Origin: Amoebidium appalachense
Taxonomy: Eukaryota > Protista > Ichthyosporea
Direction: 5' to 3'
Assembly: GCA_963693365.1 (NCBI GenBank)
Contig: CAVNZM010000001.1
Coordinates: 20,344,125 to 20,408,124, forward strand
Length of the DNA stretch: 64,000 nt
Below the pieces are notes generated by a model. The model did not search any database, was not told the origin of the DNA, and worked only from the letters and a program-made list of their open reading frames with translations. This document shows, piece by piece, positions 1-10,691 of this stretch (the first letter of the stretch is position 1; every line of letters begins with the position of its first letter). The translations under genes and the position numbers were made by a program.

Positions 1-33
1 TGTGTATGCGTGTGGGCGGGGCGGGGCGCGGGG

Positions 34-64
<31 letters not shown>

Positions 65-852
65 AAAGGACCCCCCCCACCAAAAAAAAAATAAATAAAG
101 TAAAAAACGAGAGGGGAGAAGGGGGGAGGGGCGGGGGGCCTGGAGAGAGGGGGAGGGGGGAGGGGGGGGGGGGAGGGGGAGAGCTAGCATGTTTGGTAGT
201 TGTGTGTACGGAATACTTCTTACACGTTCCTCGCGTGATGTATGGGGAGTGCCCATATATCCACATGCACGTGCATGTTTACAACATACGTGCACCTAAG
301 CAACCACATGGCTGTCGGTATGCTAGTGTCTCTTGCATGGATTGAGTGAGTGGGCCGTGTTGCCTGTGTGGTGCACGTGGGCACCCGTATATGTGTGCCT
401 GGTAGGTGTTCCTTGCAGGGTGGGTGGGGTCGTGCCGTCGTGTGCAGGTTGTACCCGTCCGTACATGTATAGCTCCTACGGCCCAGCTTCAAAATGTTGT
501 CTGTGTGCAGGCGTCCTCATGCTGCCAGAAAACCAGCAACGTGCCCAACCCATAAATAAATAAATCCCGCATTGCTCATGTCGCTGTTCTACACACAGAG
601 AGATGTTGGGACGGGGAATGGGGAAACCAACAAACGCTCTTACGGACGCAAGTGCAGGGCAGAATGGTGATGGTGGTGGTGAGGGGGGATAGGGAGAAGA
701 GGGTGGGGAGGGGGAGGAATTAGGGGGGGACAAGCAGGAGGGGACAGGACGACCGGCGAAGGGGATGGCGCACGCAACGGGGGGCAGAGGGGGGAGGGGG
801 GAGGGGGGAGGGGAGGGGGGCGTGGGGGGGAGGGGGGAGGGGGGGTTAATAC

Positions 853-1550
853 CTGAATGGTGCCGGGAACGTGGGGGTTAGCAAAGACGGCACACACCCC
901 GTTGAGGGCGTTGAACATGCCCACCGTCAGAAACCGCAGAGTGAACCGCCAGGTGGTGGTTTCGGGCATAAACCCTCCCGTGCGCAGGACAATAAACCCC
1001 ACCACGGAGAAGAAGATTGGCACGAAACAGAGAGAGATCACTGGTTACAGTCGGACAGGGGGGAAGGGAGGGGAGGGTTGGGAGGGTGGAGGGGAGGGGG
1101 AGGGGAGCGGGGGCGGAGGGGAGGGGGGTTGAGGTTAGTAGTAAACCTTGATCAACATGTGCAACAGCTCTCCGGTCGGCAAATAAATGGGTTACCTTTT
1201 TGTCAACCACAACTTGAACGACCCCAAAAGTAGTCAAAGACTTCTTTCAACCGGCTTCTCCTCGTGTGTGTTGAAATCTGACCACTTGCTTGGAGGCTAA
1301 ATTGGTCTTAGATCTTTAAAGGAATGAAAAAAAAAGAGGTGAAATGAGCGTCATTCCACACAGCAAGGACAAGGAGCCACTCACCCAGCAGTATGAAGTA
1401 CGGGTATGCTCCTAGGGCATAGCCCAGCCGCTTGAAACCCACAGCCTGTGCCGTAGATGCAGCAACGAGACACAGACAAAGGAACGAAACATAGAACGAG
1501 TGCAGCGTGGCCACCAGCCTGCTCAGTTTGCTCGGTGCTGGGCTCGCCAA
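853..1550 (-). CDS. Partial multi-exon gene (5' exons), probable CRT-like (chloroquine-resistance-transporter/DMT superfamily) membrane protein; remainder not resolved, probably continues off the left edge
   Basis: An exon ending at 1385 (G|gtgagt) joins in phase to exon 1040-853 (ccag|TG ... CAG|gtatta), giving ...GYALGAYPYFILLVISLCFVPIFFSVVGFIVLRTGG...FLTVGMFNALNGVCAVFANPHVPGTIQ. The hydrophobic helices and NALNG...P.VPG.IQ pattern recall CRT-like proteins. Start codon uncertain. Confidence 0.5.
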
Positions 1551-2135
1551 GAACAGGGGTGGGGGGAGTCCGGAGGGTCCATTATCGCTTGAAAAAGGAG
1601 TAACAACAGGAAGCTTGAAACCTGGTAGGGATGCCTTGGTTCACTAGCAGGGAAATAAATGATGGATAGACAGCACGTCAACTGCAAGATGCTGCGCCGG
1701 AATACGGGCTGCTTGGACCATGGGAGTTAATGTGCACAACGGTCCTGTGAAGCCAGGTGCACGGTTGGGTAGGTTTTGAGGATCTAGGAGGACATGGATA
1801 AAAGAGCAGTCAGAGTAACACAGGTTCAACTACCGGAAAAAATGGCCGCAACTGATGAAACACGGCCTACTGTAGGTGAAACACGGCCTACTGTAGGTGT
1901 TCGTGTTTGTAACAGTGGCCGGGGAACACTGTGGGCAAGGCGCCTCCCGGACCGCTGTGACAGTGTTTTCTGTTTCTGCCACTGGGACTCTGGCCCAGGG
2001 AGTCAGGGACCAAGTTTTCGCAGGTCGACATCTCAGATCTACCTTTATTTGGTACAGTTTTAGTTAAATATGGCAGCGGCGCAAAGATATTTGATTGGAT
2101 ACAAAGTGTAGGCGACGCATACGTCGTGCGCACGG

Positions 2136-2369
2136 ACACACATCCTACCCCCGGATTTTGGGAATTTTTTCTAGCTCGGAAATAATGCATCAACCAGCGC
2201 CCGACCCGACCGAGATACGTCCAAATTGGCGCTGGTTCAGGCGGTATAGGGGGAGCGCCCAGGAGGGCGTTCGATGGCTGGGTCGGGCTTTGTGATGGCA
2301 TGCGGAATAGCTTTATTTGGCTAGAGTTTTTAGCCTTAGATGGGTTGACGGTAGATTGCCGTCCAATCG
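2136..2369 (+). repeat. Left terminal inverted repeat (234 bp)
   Basis: ACACACATCCTACCCCCGG...GTCCAATCG is the reverse complement of 11991-12224. Identical peptides appear in track ORFs 1888..2394(-) and 11852..12367(+). Confidence 0.95.
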
Positions 2370-2604
2370 GACGCTCAGGGTTGGGAGCGCCCACGGGGGC
2401 GTTTCGAGCTTTGTGATTGGCACTGATGGCATGCAGAATAGATTTATTTGGCTAGCATTTTTAGCCTTAGATGGCGTTTTTGCGGCTTGTCCAATCGCAG
2501 AGCCAATTTCATCCGATAGACAGCCAATCAGGTTAAAGTAGCCGAATTTGCAGCTTTTGAAAGCCCGCAACGAAATTTTTCTTGACCCTAATACCATTCA
2601 GATC

Positions 2605-5600
2605 ATGGCCCAAGATCCCATGCACTTAGATTCCGAACCCGTGCGCTGGGTGCCGCCTGACTTGGACGACCTTGCGCATGGACGTGTCTCTGATGCTATC
2701 CGACTTGAGCATGCAGAGCCGCCACGGGCTACACTAAACCTGGGTGGTACACGCTACCTTTTTCGTGTGGTGCATGATGACGGTGCAGCTGCTGATAACC
2801 CAAATCTTAACCCTAAAGACGTTGACCCTGAGGCTTTCGAAGAATTTTTTGAGCATGTCACAGTGCAGCTTTTCAAAATATTGAGCCCTCAGCCAGGTGA
2901 TCGAATTCAAATCAAAACCTCACTTATATGCCGCGACACCCTTGCTGGTGACGACCCTGTGCATGGCAGGGTGGACTGGAAGCCCATTGTACGGCTTGCT
3001 GATGTCCGCAGTGTCAGTCTGGTGCGTAGCCTCAGCGATTTCTACAATGACATGGAGCAGCTGTATGGCACAACATTTGCCTTTGAATTCTCACGCTGCC
3101 GTATAGAGGTGGTGTTCATGCATACCCCAGATCATCAAGCAGATGCTAGCAGGCAGCAAGGAGGCTCCACCCATATTCTTCAGCAGTGGCGTGCTGGAAT
3201 GCGTGTTGGCTGCCCTCTGTCTACTGCCGAACGCAGCAATGAAGCAAACAGCAATGCTGCACGTTTGCGAAAGGAAGGCGCGATTGCGGACTACAGCAGC
3301 AAGGGCAAGCAGGACTGTTTTACCACCAACCTGGCTGCTGCCATCCTTTTGGACAAATATCGGCGGCATGAGCTACAAGGAGATTCGAGGTGTTTGGCAA
3401 GATCCGCTCGCCAACTGGGTGCAGACATAGTTCGTGCAGCAGTAAATAGCAGCGACCCCCAACTGTTTGCTGGCGTTGAGAACCGTGGATGGACTGGTGA
3501 GGAGTTGGAGCAGGCTGTTTACCTGATAAACAGTGGTGCTGTGTGGCCCAGTGATTTCGGACCTGGCAAGCGTATGCTATGCGTACGACTTGTAAACCTG
3601 GACGATGACTGTCGTGTGTTTGCCAGCATCCCTCAGCGCGGTACCCAGCCATATGACGAGCTTTTAAAGGCAGACACAGACGACAGTGGTCGTGTTGTGT
3701 TTGCTTACCTTGCCATCGAGGGTGTGAGCCTCGCAGCCGGGGGCCTGCACCAGCATATCCAGCTTATTAGGGACATGAAAGCACTGCACCTGTGTAGGGA
3801 GCGGCGGCGAGCTCTCCATGGGCGTACCTTTGCAGCAACAGACCATCTGACCCCATGCGACTGGTGCTTGGAATTGGTTGACCGGCACCAGCATAGATGT
3901 GTCAGAACAAGCGCAGATGACGGCGCCAGCAGTTCATGCAGCACCTGCAGTGCCAGAAGCGGCCAACACCAGCTACTGTTTCCGGCTGACGGTAACCTGA
4001 CCCCCATGACCTGCACTGGCTGTGCCATTCCCCTTCCAGCCGAGTGTGTGGCTAACCACGACGCCGCCGCGTGTGCAAAACTTTCTGCCAACTACTTCTG
4101 GTGCACCAGCTGTGTGCGCCTGTGCAGCAAGAAAAAGCTACGCAATGAATACAAGCGCAGCTGGGAGACTATCTGCCAGGTCATGAATAAGGATCCAGGT
4201 GCTTTTGACAAAACGTCACCGGACCTGTGGAAGCTCCACCAAGAGTGGGGTCTCTGTGATTGGAAGCTGTGCGGGCTGTGCAAGAAGCTCAGTCATCGCG
4301 GTGTCGTGGCAACAAACAGAGTGTATATGAACTACTCTAACTATCTGCACGCTTAAAGGGGCTCGAAACCGTGTATACGTATAAACTTTTCTTTGAGTTG
4401 GGTGGGAAGCGAGTTTTTTGTGTTCTGAGAAGAACTTCCAAAAGCCCGCGACCCCGCGAGACACTTCACAGACACGCGGCCCACTGGCCAGACAAATACC
4501 ACAGTGACATTCAGCCAATCACAACACTCCCTCCCCCACAGACTACACGCACTCCACACCATTGGCTACCGCGACCTCAGACACCCCTACAGCACTACAA
4601 CACGTACACACGTTTACTCACAATACATATAAGCATACACACACGCGAGCAGGCAACATGGGTCTCGCCACGCACACAGCAAGAAGCAATACAACATTTA
4701 ACATGGAGAGTACGCAGAGGCATGGGGCATGCACGCGCGCACCAAACAATCAGCCGCCGCTGCATCAGATTCTCCCCATACCACTGATTAATCTCCTCAT
4801 ACCCCATTTAGACCCCGGCATCACTATGCAAGAAAACCCCCGAAATTAACTCACCAAAACACAAAATATAGAAGTAAACTAATACGAATCAGCTCAGCAC
4901 ATGACACGCGGCACTCACTTCTGCTTTATCAACCGCACGCCTTATCAGTCTCTGTCAGCAAAGAAGCGGGCTACCATGACCCCTGCCGGCCTCATCTGCT
5001 TTGATTTTGAGGCATACATGAATGCTGGGACCGGGCAGCCCCAAGACGTCAATGTTGCCACCGCCTGCTACACTGCCTACCCTCCTGTACAGACCGACCA
5101 AGCCCTGCTGGTGGGTGCTGAGGTACGCACTTGCCCTGACTTTGGGAGCAAGCACCCCAACTTGCCCCCAGAGGTCTATGTGTGGGCAGGGGCGGGAGCC
5201 TTGCAGCGCTTTATGGCATGGCTCTTTCAACCGGCGCATACAGGCTTCATCGCATACGCACACAACGGCGCAAAATACGATGTGCATTTCATTTTGAATG
5301 CACTTCTCCAGCAGCTGAGCCCCGCAGACATAGCGCATGCCATGCAGTCAGGAGAGGGCAAGAGCAGCCCAGACAGTCTGATGGTGGCAACGGTGACTTC
5401 AGCTTCATCCTAGATGGCAGCAGTGTGCCACAACTCCAGTACCACGGTGTGCGAGTGCAGGACTCCGTGCGCCACATGCCTCGCCCGCTGAGCCAGCTAC
5501 CGCAAATGTGGGGCTTTTCGGGCGACGCTGGCCTGAGCAAGCTCAACTATCCGCTCCTCTTCAACACCCCAGAGCACCAAGACTATGTCGGGCCCTTGCC

Positions 5601-7965
5601 TGACCAGAGCTACTGGGCGCCTGAGCAGATGATGAAAAGCTCCAAAGACGTTGAGAATTTTCGTGCTTGGCATGCAGAGGAGGCGGCAGCACGGGGGCCC
5701 GCCGGCTGGAACAATCGGGAGGAGCTCATAAAGTACTGCATGGTGGACACCCTCATTCTGCGCGAGGCCTGTGTGAGCTACAGGAGAGAGGTAGAGGCAG
5801 CCTACCCTGGCATCGACCCGCTTGCCCGTACCACTATTGGCAGCTTTGTCTATGGCCTGCTGCAAGACAGAATCTTCCCTGAGAACACCATCGTGCATGA
5901 GTTTGGCTCTCCCTACAAGCACCAGTGGTCTAGTATGGACGAGTTGCAGTGGCTCTGTTATGTGCGGGAGAATATTTGCGGGTACGATTCCAGCAACCTT
6001 TTCGACAGTCGATTCCGCTGGCAGCTCAATGGCCAGTATCGGATTGCAGCTGGGGGTCGTGAGCTCTATGTCGACGGCTTTGACACACGCACTAACACTG
6101 TCTTTGAGTTCGATGGCTGCCACTGGCACGGGCATGACTGTGAAACACAAGGTCTCAGAAGCAAGACTGGTAAGACAAGGCAGCAAACAGAAAGCCGCAG
6201 GGGGATGCTGCGTGCCATGGGGTACAAGGTGGTTTCTATCTGGGGCTGCGAGTGGCAGCAGCAGAAGGAGACTTTGCAGTGGGTCTGTGAGCACGATGAG
6301 TTGCTGCAAATTGCCATGCAGAAGCCACCGAGAGAGCGCGACGCTTTCAAGGGAGGTTGCACCAACGGCTACATCCTGTACCATGACTGCAAGCCCGGCG
6401 AGTATATGTATGTCGTCGACTACAAGTCTCACTATCCGGCGATTCTACTAGACTGCCCCATGCCTGCAGGTACCTTTGTGAACTATCGCAAGATAGACCT
6501 GGTGGGGCTGTGGTATGGCACAGCTACCCCTCCAACGCCTGCGCAGATGTTTGAGCAGCTGTTTCGGGCGGATGGGGAGTGCAGCAACTTCAGAGTGCCT
6601 CCGGGCTTCCCTAAGGAGCATGCATATCTCTTCAATGGCAAACTCGGCCTGGTCGAATGCACTATGCTTCCACCTAGGGGCCTGCACCGGCCTGTGCTGT
6701 CGGCAAAGATTGCAGTGGGCAAGAGGCAGCCTACAGACCTTGAGGAGGGGCGGATACACGTCACCGAGCGCCTAGTGGAGACCTTGTGCAGGACATGCGC
6801 CGAGATTGGTCCCTCCGCCCCCAGGGCATGCAGACACCGCGACCACCAGCGTGCCATTACACATGTGTGGACTGTGCAGGAGATCAGGTACGCCCTGTAC
6901 AAGGGCTACGAGATGCTGGACCTGAAGTATGCCCGAGTCTATGAGCGGACCAGTGTTGACATATTTGCACCACTCATCAAGCACTGGTACACTGTGAAGG
7001 CTCAAGGTGATGGGGTGCCCAGCCACTGCAAGACACCCGAGCAGGTCGCAGACTACTGCAGCAGGTACAACCAGCGCATGGGTGTAGACCCTGTGGCCCA
7101 ACGTGAACTAGCCCTCACCCCTGAGAAGATCATGGACCCCGCAGCCAAAAATCCAGGCCGAGTGGCTCTGGCTAAGAGCATTATTGTCAACCCCTTTGGC
7201 AAAACAGGCGAGCGTCACGACAAGTGGAGCTCAGTGACGCTTCCTGACACCATGCACGGCTACAAGGCATTCAAGGAGAAGTGGGATAAGTATGAGGCAA
7301 AGGACTATGATGCTATGGATGTCCGATTTCTGGATGTACCCGGCTGGGTGTTGCTAAGATACAAGCTATCGGAGAAGGCGGCTTCCCTTGGCCAATCGCA
7401 TATCACCACATGCCCCATCATCGCCGCCTGCACCACTGCCTGGGGCCGTGTCAAGCTGCACATCAGCATGGATAAGCTGCATCCCAGCCAGCCGGCATAC
7501 TGCGACACCGACTCTATCTACTACATCTATGACAGCAGCAACCCCCTGCATTGCCACCCTCAAAAAGGCATGCTTCTGGGGGATTTGGCAGACGAGCTCA
7601 AACCAGGCGAACACATTTCCAAACTTCGCTGCCTTGGCCCCAAGAGCTATGCATATCGCAAGGTGGAGACATCGGGCTCTGAGGTTGATAGCGTCAAGAT
7701 GAAAGGAGTCCCTTTTAATGCAGCTACCCGCGACGTTCTGGGCCTCGATGCGTACACTCGACTGGTCCTGCGCGAGACCCCAGGCTTGACTGTCGAAAGA
7801 GCATATGGCATCAAACGCACGGTGGGAGGGAAGCCCGTGACCCAGCCAGAGAAGAAGATAGTGCGTGTGACTTTCGCCAAGCGTCTGATCTGCAAGCCCG
7901 ATGACCGGGTGATGAATGACGACGGCACCGTTCACACAATCACATCTACTCCCTATGGCTTTTGA
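2605..7965 (+). pseudogene. polB: Protein-primed family B DNA polymerase (pPolB), about 1580 aa when reconstructed; disrupted by an LTR insertion (4302-4906) and a frameshift near 5320-5390
   Basis: Segment 2605-4301: vOTU-like KQDCFTTNLAAAIL...HIQLIRDM followed by a Cys-rich region. Segment 4912-~5340: HFCFI, ExoI CFDFE, ExoII AHNGAKYD. Frame of ORF 5182..7965: ExoIII KYCMVD, Vsr-like VDGFD...FEFDGCHWHGH...SIWGCEW, PolA DYKSHYP, PolB KSIIVNPFGK, PolC YCDTDS, GPKSY, KMKG. Confidence 0.9.
4302..4906. mobile_element. Solo LTR-like insertion (605 bp) inside the pPolB gene
   Basis: Termini TGTCGTG...CATGACA (TG...CA, short imperfect inverted repeat), flanked by the 5-bp direct repeat CGCGG at 4297-4301 and 4907-4911. 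Removing the insert plus one copy gives in-frame CKKLSHRGTHFCFINR. Confidence 0.85.
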
Positions 7966-8045
7966 GCTTGAATTAACCCAGTGGTTTGATTTGCCAATTC
8001 GCGCCAGTGGAACATTTTATGTTTAATATAGCACCAACTTTGACA

Positions 8046-8522
8046 ATGGATGCTGTTCATAGACTTAGTGTAGACCGATATAACTTACACAGTACCCAGT
8101 GGGGCCCGCACCTGTGGCTTTCTTTGCATGCTGTCTCTTTTGGTTACCCATCCAGACCGTCTAGTGCCGATAGAAAACAATACAGAGACTTCTTTTTCAG
8201 CTTAGGACATGTGCTACCATGTGAGTCCTGCCGCGGGCACTGGCAGACTATGTTAGTAAAGGGAAAGCTGGCTTTGGACGATGCTGCCTTACAGGGTCGT
8301 GAATCGCTAGTCACCTGGCTAATTGACGTTCACAACAGCGTTAACAAACATTTAAAAAAAACAGAGGTCTCCCAGCGGGAGATAGAGAAAAAGTTTTCGA
8401 CATGGATAGCACACTCCACTGAACTCCCAGGCCAGACGGCAAAGACCATGTCTCAGCCTCATACAGACTTACCTGGCTGGCTGGCGGTGCTGATGCCAGC
8501 CACTTTTACAGAGTCGGGCTAA
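8046..8522 (+). CDS. ERV1/ALR family FAD-dependent thiol oxidase (poxvirus E10/NCLDV type)
   Basis: WGPHLWLSLH, YPSRP, LPCESCRGH (CxxC) and WLIDVHNSVNKHLKK are the family motifs. Intronless and lacks the extra CxxC shuttle of cellular Erv1. The start could be ATG 8019 or 8046. Confidence 0.9.
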   Translation: MDAVHRLSVDRYNLHSTQWGPHLWLSLHAVSFGYPSRPSSADRKQYRDFFFSLGHVLPCESCRGHWQTMLVKGKLALDDAALQGRESLVTWLIDVHNSVNKHLKKTEVSQREIEKKFSTWIAHSTELPGQTAKTMSQPHTDLPGWLAVLMPATFTESG

Positions 8523-8586
8523 ATAGAATCTTTACACATGCACGATGAATTATTTTTTAAGGTTGTAAAAAGCTACTACTACTCGC

Positions 8587-9720
8587 ATGTCTAAGATGGA
8601 CATTCCAGTAACAGCACCGCCGCTAACCCTGAATGCCGATCTCATGCATCTTACAAGCTGGAGGTTGACGTACCCCGGTCGCCAGCGTGTGCTTACCATT
8701 GACCTGGGCAGCATGCAGAAGCACCCACTGACGGGTCAGACACATCCGTTCGTGCTCACTGTCATCGAAGTAAACTCGAAGAGGGGAGTGTGGGTCCCGA
8801 TGGCAGCACGCGACTCTGTCACTGTGAGAGAGGGCTTCAAAACAGCACTGCAGAGGCTGTATGCCCTGCGAGCTGTGGCATGGCGGGCCGAGAATGAAAC
8901 GAGCAGGGGGTACGCTGGGGTAGCAAGCGACTACAGCGCAGGGGCAGAAGGGCCACATCCCTTTAGAAGGGTCATCACAGACCCCGGTTCGGAATTCAAG
9001 GGGGAGTTTACAGCATACGTGAAGGGATTAGGCATGCAGCACATCATGCTAGATTCAGCCGACCATAGGGCCAACAGCGTCGTGGAGAGGTTCAATCGCA
9101 GCCTGCGTGAGCTAATGGCAGACAGGTTCGAGCTAGGGTTTGCTTACTTGAACCTCTTTTATGAGAACGGGTGGGTGGATATTGAACTGACATACAACAC
9201 ACGATCTCACTCGGCAGTCTATGGCAAGCCCCCGTTCCTGGTAACCTACCACGACGAGCAGCGCCATCACTTGAAAGTGGTAAAGAAAGCCAAGCGGGTA
9301 ATGAAAGTAGCATTTAAATACCATCCGGGCGACGTGGTGCGGATACGCTCGGACGAGGCACTGAAAGACGTCCACTTTCCAAAGAAAAGCATGGCAGAAA
9401 ACACAGGCATGGGGGAATGGGACCCGTCACTCTGGGTTATCAAATTCCTTTCTGGTTTCAAGTACACAGTCGAGCTTGACGGGCAGCCGGGTGTGACCAG
9501 ACGCCGCCACCCACGTGACATACTACCCACCCCTGCTAGCACAAGCACACATGGACAACAAGAGAAGGAAGCATCGGCCATATTGGATGCCATGACTCCG
9601 CTACAGCAAGACCTGTATGCAGCCGATATTTTGTTCCAGATGGGCAGCAAGAGAACAGTACCTGCCACATTCCCACAGCCTGGCGTCACTGGCAGGAAGC
9701 GCCCTCGCAGCAGGCACTAG
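8587..9720 (+). CDS. Retroviral-like (RVE) DDE integrase, Polinton type, 377 aa
   Basis: LTIDL (D1), VITDPGSEFKG (D2), VVERFNRSL (E), YNTRSHS, SH3-like YHPGDVVRI and a C-terminal basic GRKRPRSRH; the ORF is intact. Confidence 0.92.
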   Translation: MSKMDIPVTAPPLTLNADLMHLTSWRLTYPGRQRVLTIDLGSMQKHPLTGQTHPFVLTVIEVNSKRGVWVPMAARDSVTVREGFKTALQRLYALRAVAWRAENETSRGYAGVASDYSAGAEGPHPFRRVITDPGSEFKGEFTAYVKGLGMQHIMLDSADHRANSVVERFNRSLRELMADRFELGFAYLNLFYENGWVDIELTYNTRSHSAVYGKPPFLVTYHDEQRHHLKVVKKAKRVMKVAFKYHPGDVVRIRSDEALKDVHFPKKSMAENTGMGEWDPSLWVIKFLSGFKYTVELDGQPGVTRRRHPRDILPTPASTSTHGQQEKEASAILDAMTPLQQDLYAADILFQMGSKRTVPATFPQPGVTGRKRPRSRH

Positions 9721-9734
9721 CTACTTCAAACTCC

Positions 9735-10559
9735 TTACTGGGCAGCATTGAGAACAAATGAAGGCCTATGACCCATGCTCTGCATAGCCTCCTGCGTTTC
9801 ACGGAGCTTGACGGCATTGAGCCTCTCCTTGAGCTGCAGTCGCATACCACGCAAGGCAGCCTGAGTCTCTGTCATGGGCTGCCTGTCGTCCCTGTAGAAG
9901 CCACGCTGCTCAATAGACCTTGCTACCCCAGGCGGGTAGACAGAGTTCCATGCCCCTGTCTGCCTACCCTGGTACTCTTGCACAGCCGGTGCAATCTCCT
10001 CATTAAACAGTGAACCGACACCCTTCTCATTTATCACACGCTCTCGCAGGCCACGCACGGGCACCACAGCACCTCTGCCTACCACCTGATTGTCTTGGTT
10101 TTCCATATTTGCCAGAGTGGAACACTCCGTAAAGTCTTCTGGCTTCAGCCGCTTCATGAGGCAGCCCTGGTAACCCTGCAGGTAGGGTGCAACACGCTTG
10201 TTGACCTGTGCACGAATGGGCTTATCTGCCTCCTGTTTCTCCCTGCGCAGCTTGTATTTCTGCTCCGCTGCCTGTCGAAGCGCACTTATCTTTGGGGTTG
10301 TGGCATCGTGGAAAGCTTTGATAGCCACCGGCCAGGTGAGCAGGAACTGCTTGACGTTATGCTGTGTGTAGCTGCTGCCATAAGCGGCGGACAGCCTGTC
10401 ATGCACATACCGCATTGCTTCTGGCATCTCTTCGGCAACGGCGGCTGCAAGCTCTCTGGCAGGCACCAATGACGCAATCAGTTTGTAATTGAAGGCCTTA
10501 CCGTAGCCTCCCACAGTCGTATCCTCGCTAGTGGGGTTGAGGAAGGCAAACACAGACAT
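9735..10559 (-). CDS. Orphan element protein, 274 aa, apparently alpha-helical/coiled-coil
   Basis: Intact intronless ORF from ATG 10559, converging on the integrase with a 14-bp gap; no motif recognised and no beta-rich jelly-roll character. Confidence 0.75.
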   Translation of the reverse strand: MSVFAFLNPTSEDTTVGGYGKAFNYKLIASLVPARELAAAVAEEMPEAMRYVHDRLSAAYGSSYTQHNVKQFLLTWPVAIKAFHDATTPKISALRQAAEQKYKLRREKQEADKPIRAQVNKRVAPYLQGYQGCLMKRLKPEDFTECSTLANMENQDNQVVGRGAVVPVRGLRERVINEKGVGSLFNEEIAPAVQEYQGRQTGAWNSVYPPGVARSIEQRGFYRDDRQPMTETQAALRGMRLQLKERLNAVKLRETQEAMQSMGHRPSFVLNAAQ

Positions 10560-10691
10560 GATGTAGATTTGGGGTTGAATGGATGAACGAACTTTTTGCA
10601 TCGCAACCCACAGAAACAGGAAATTTTAGCCACAAACTTTTATTCACTCACTAAGTGGCTCAGAGACTCGGACACCATGCGGCACTGGGTG

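Noticed and set aside
1888-2394. ORFs 1888..2394(-) and 11852..12367(+) sharing an identical ~78-aa peptide
   Set aside because: They are translations across the two TIRs and run out into host flanks; not genes.
4371-4849. ORFs inside the pPolB interruption, or the interruption being a spliceosomal intron
   Set aside because: The boundaries are TG...CA with a 5-bp TSD, not GT...AG, and the peptides look non-coding.
5497-7935. Long antisense ORFs (311 aa, 189 aa) over pPolB, and 10900..11502(+)
   Set aside because: Shadow ORFs of GC-rich coding sequence with no motifs.
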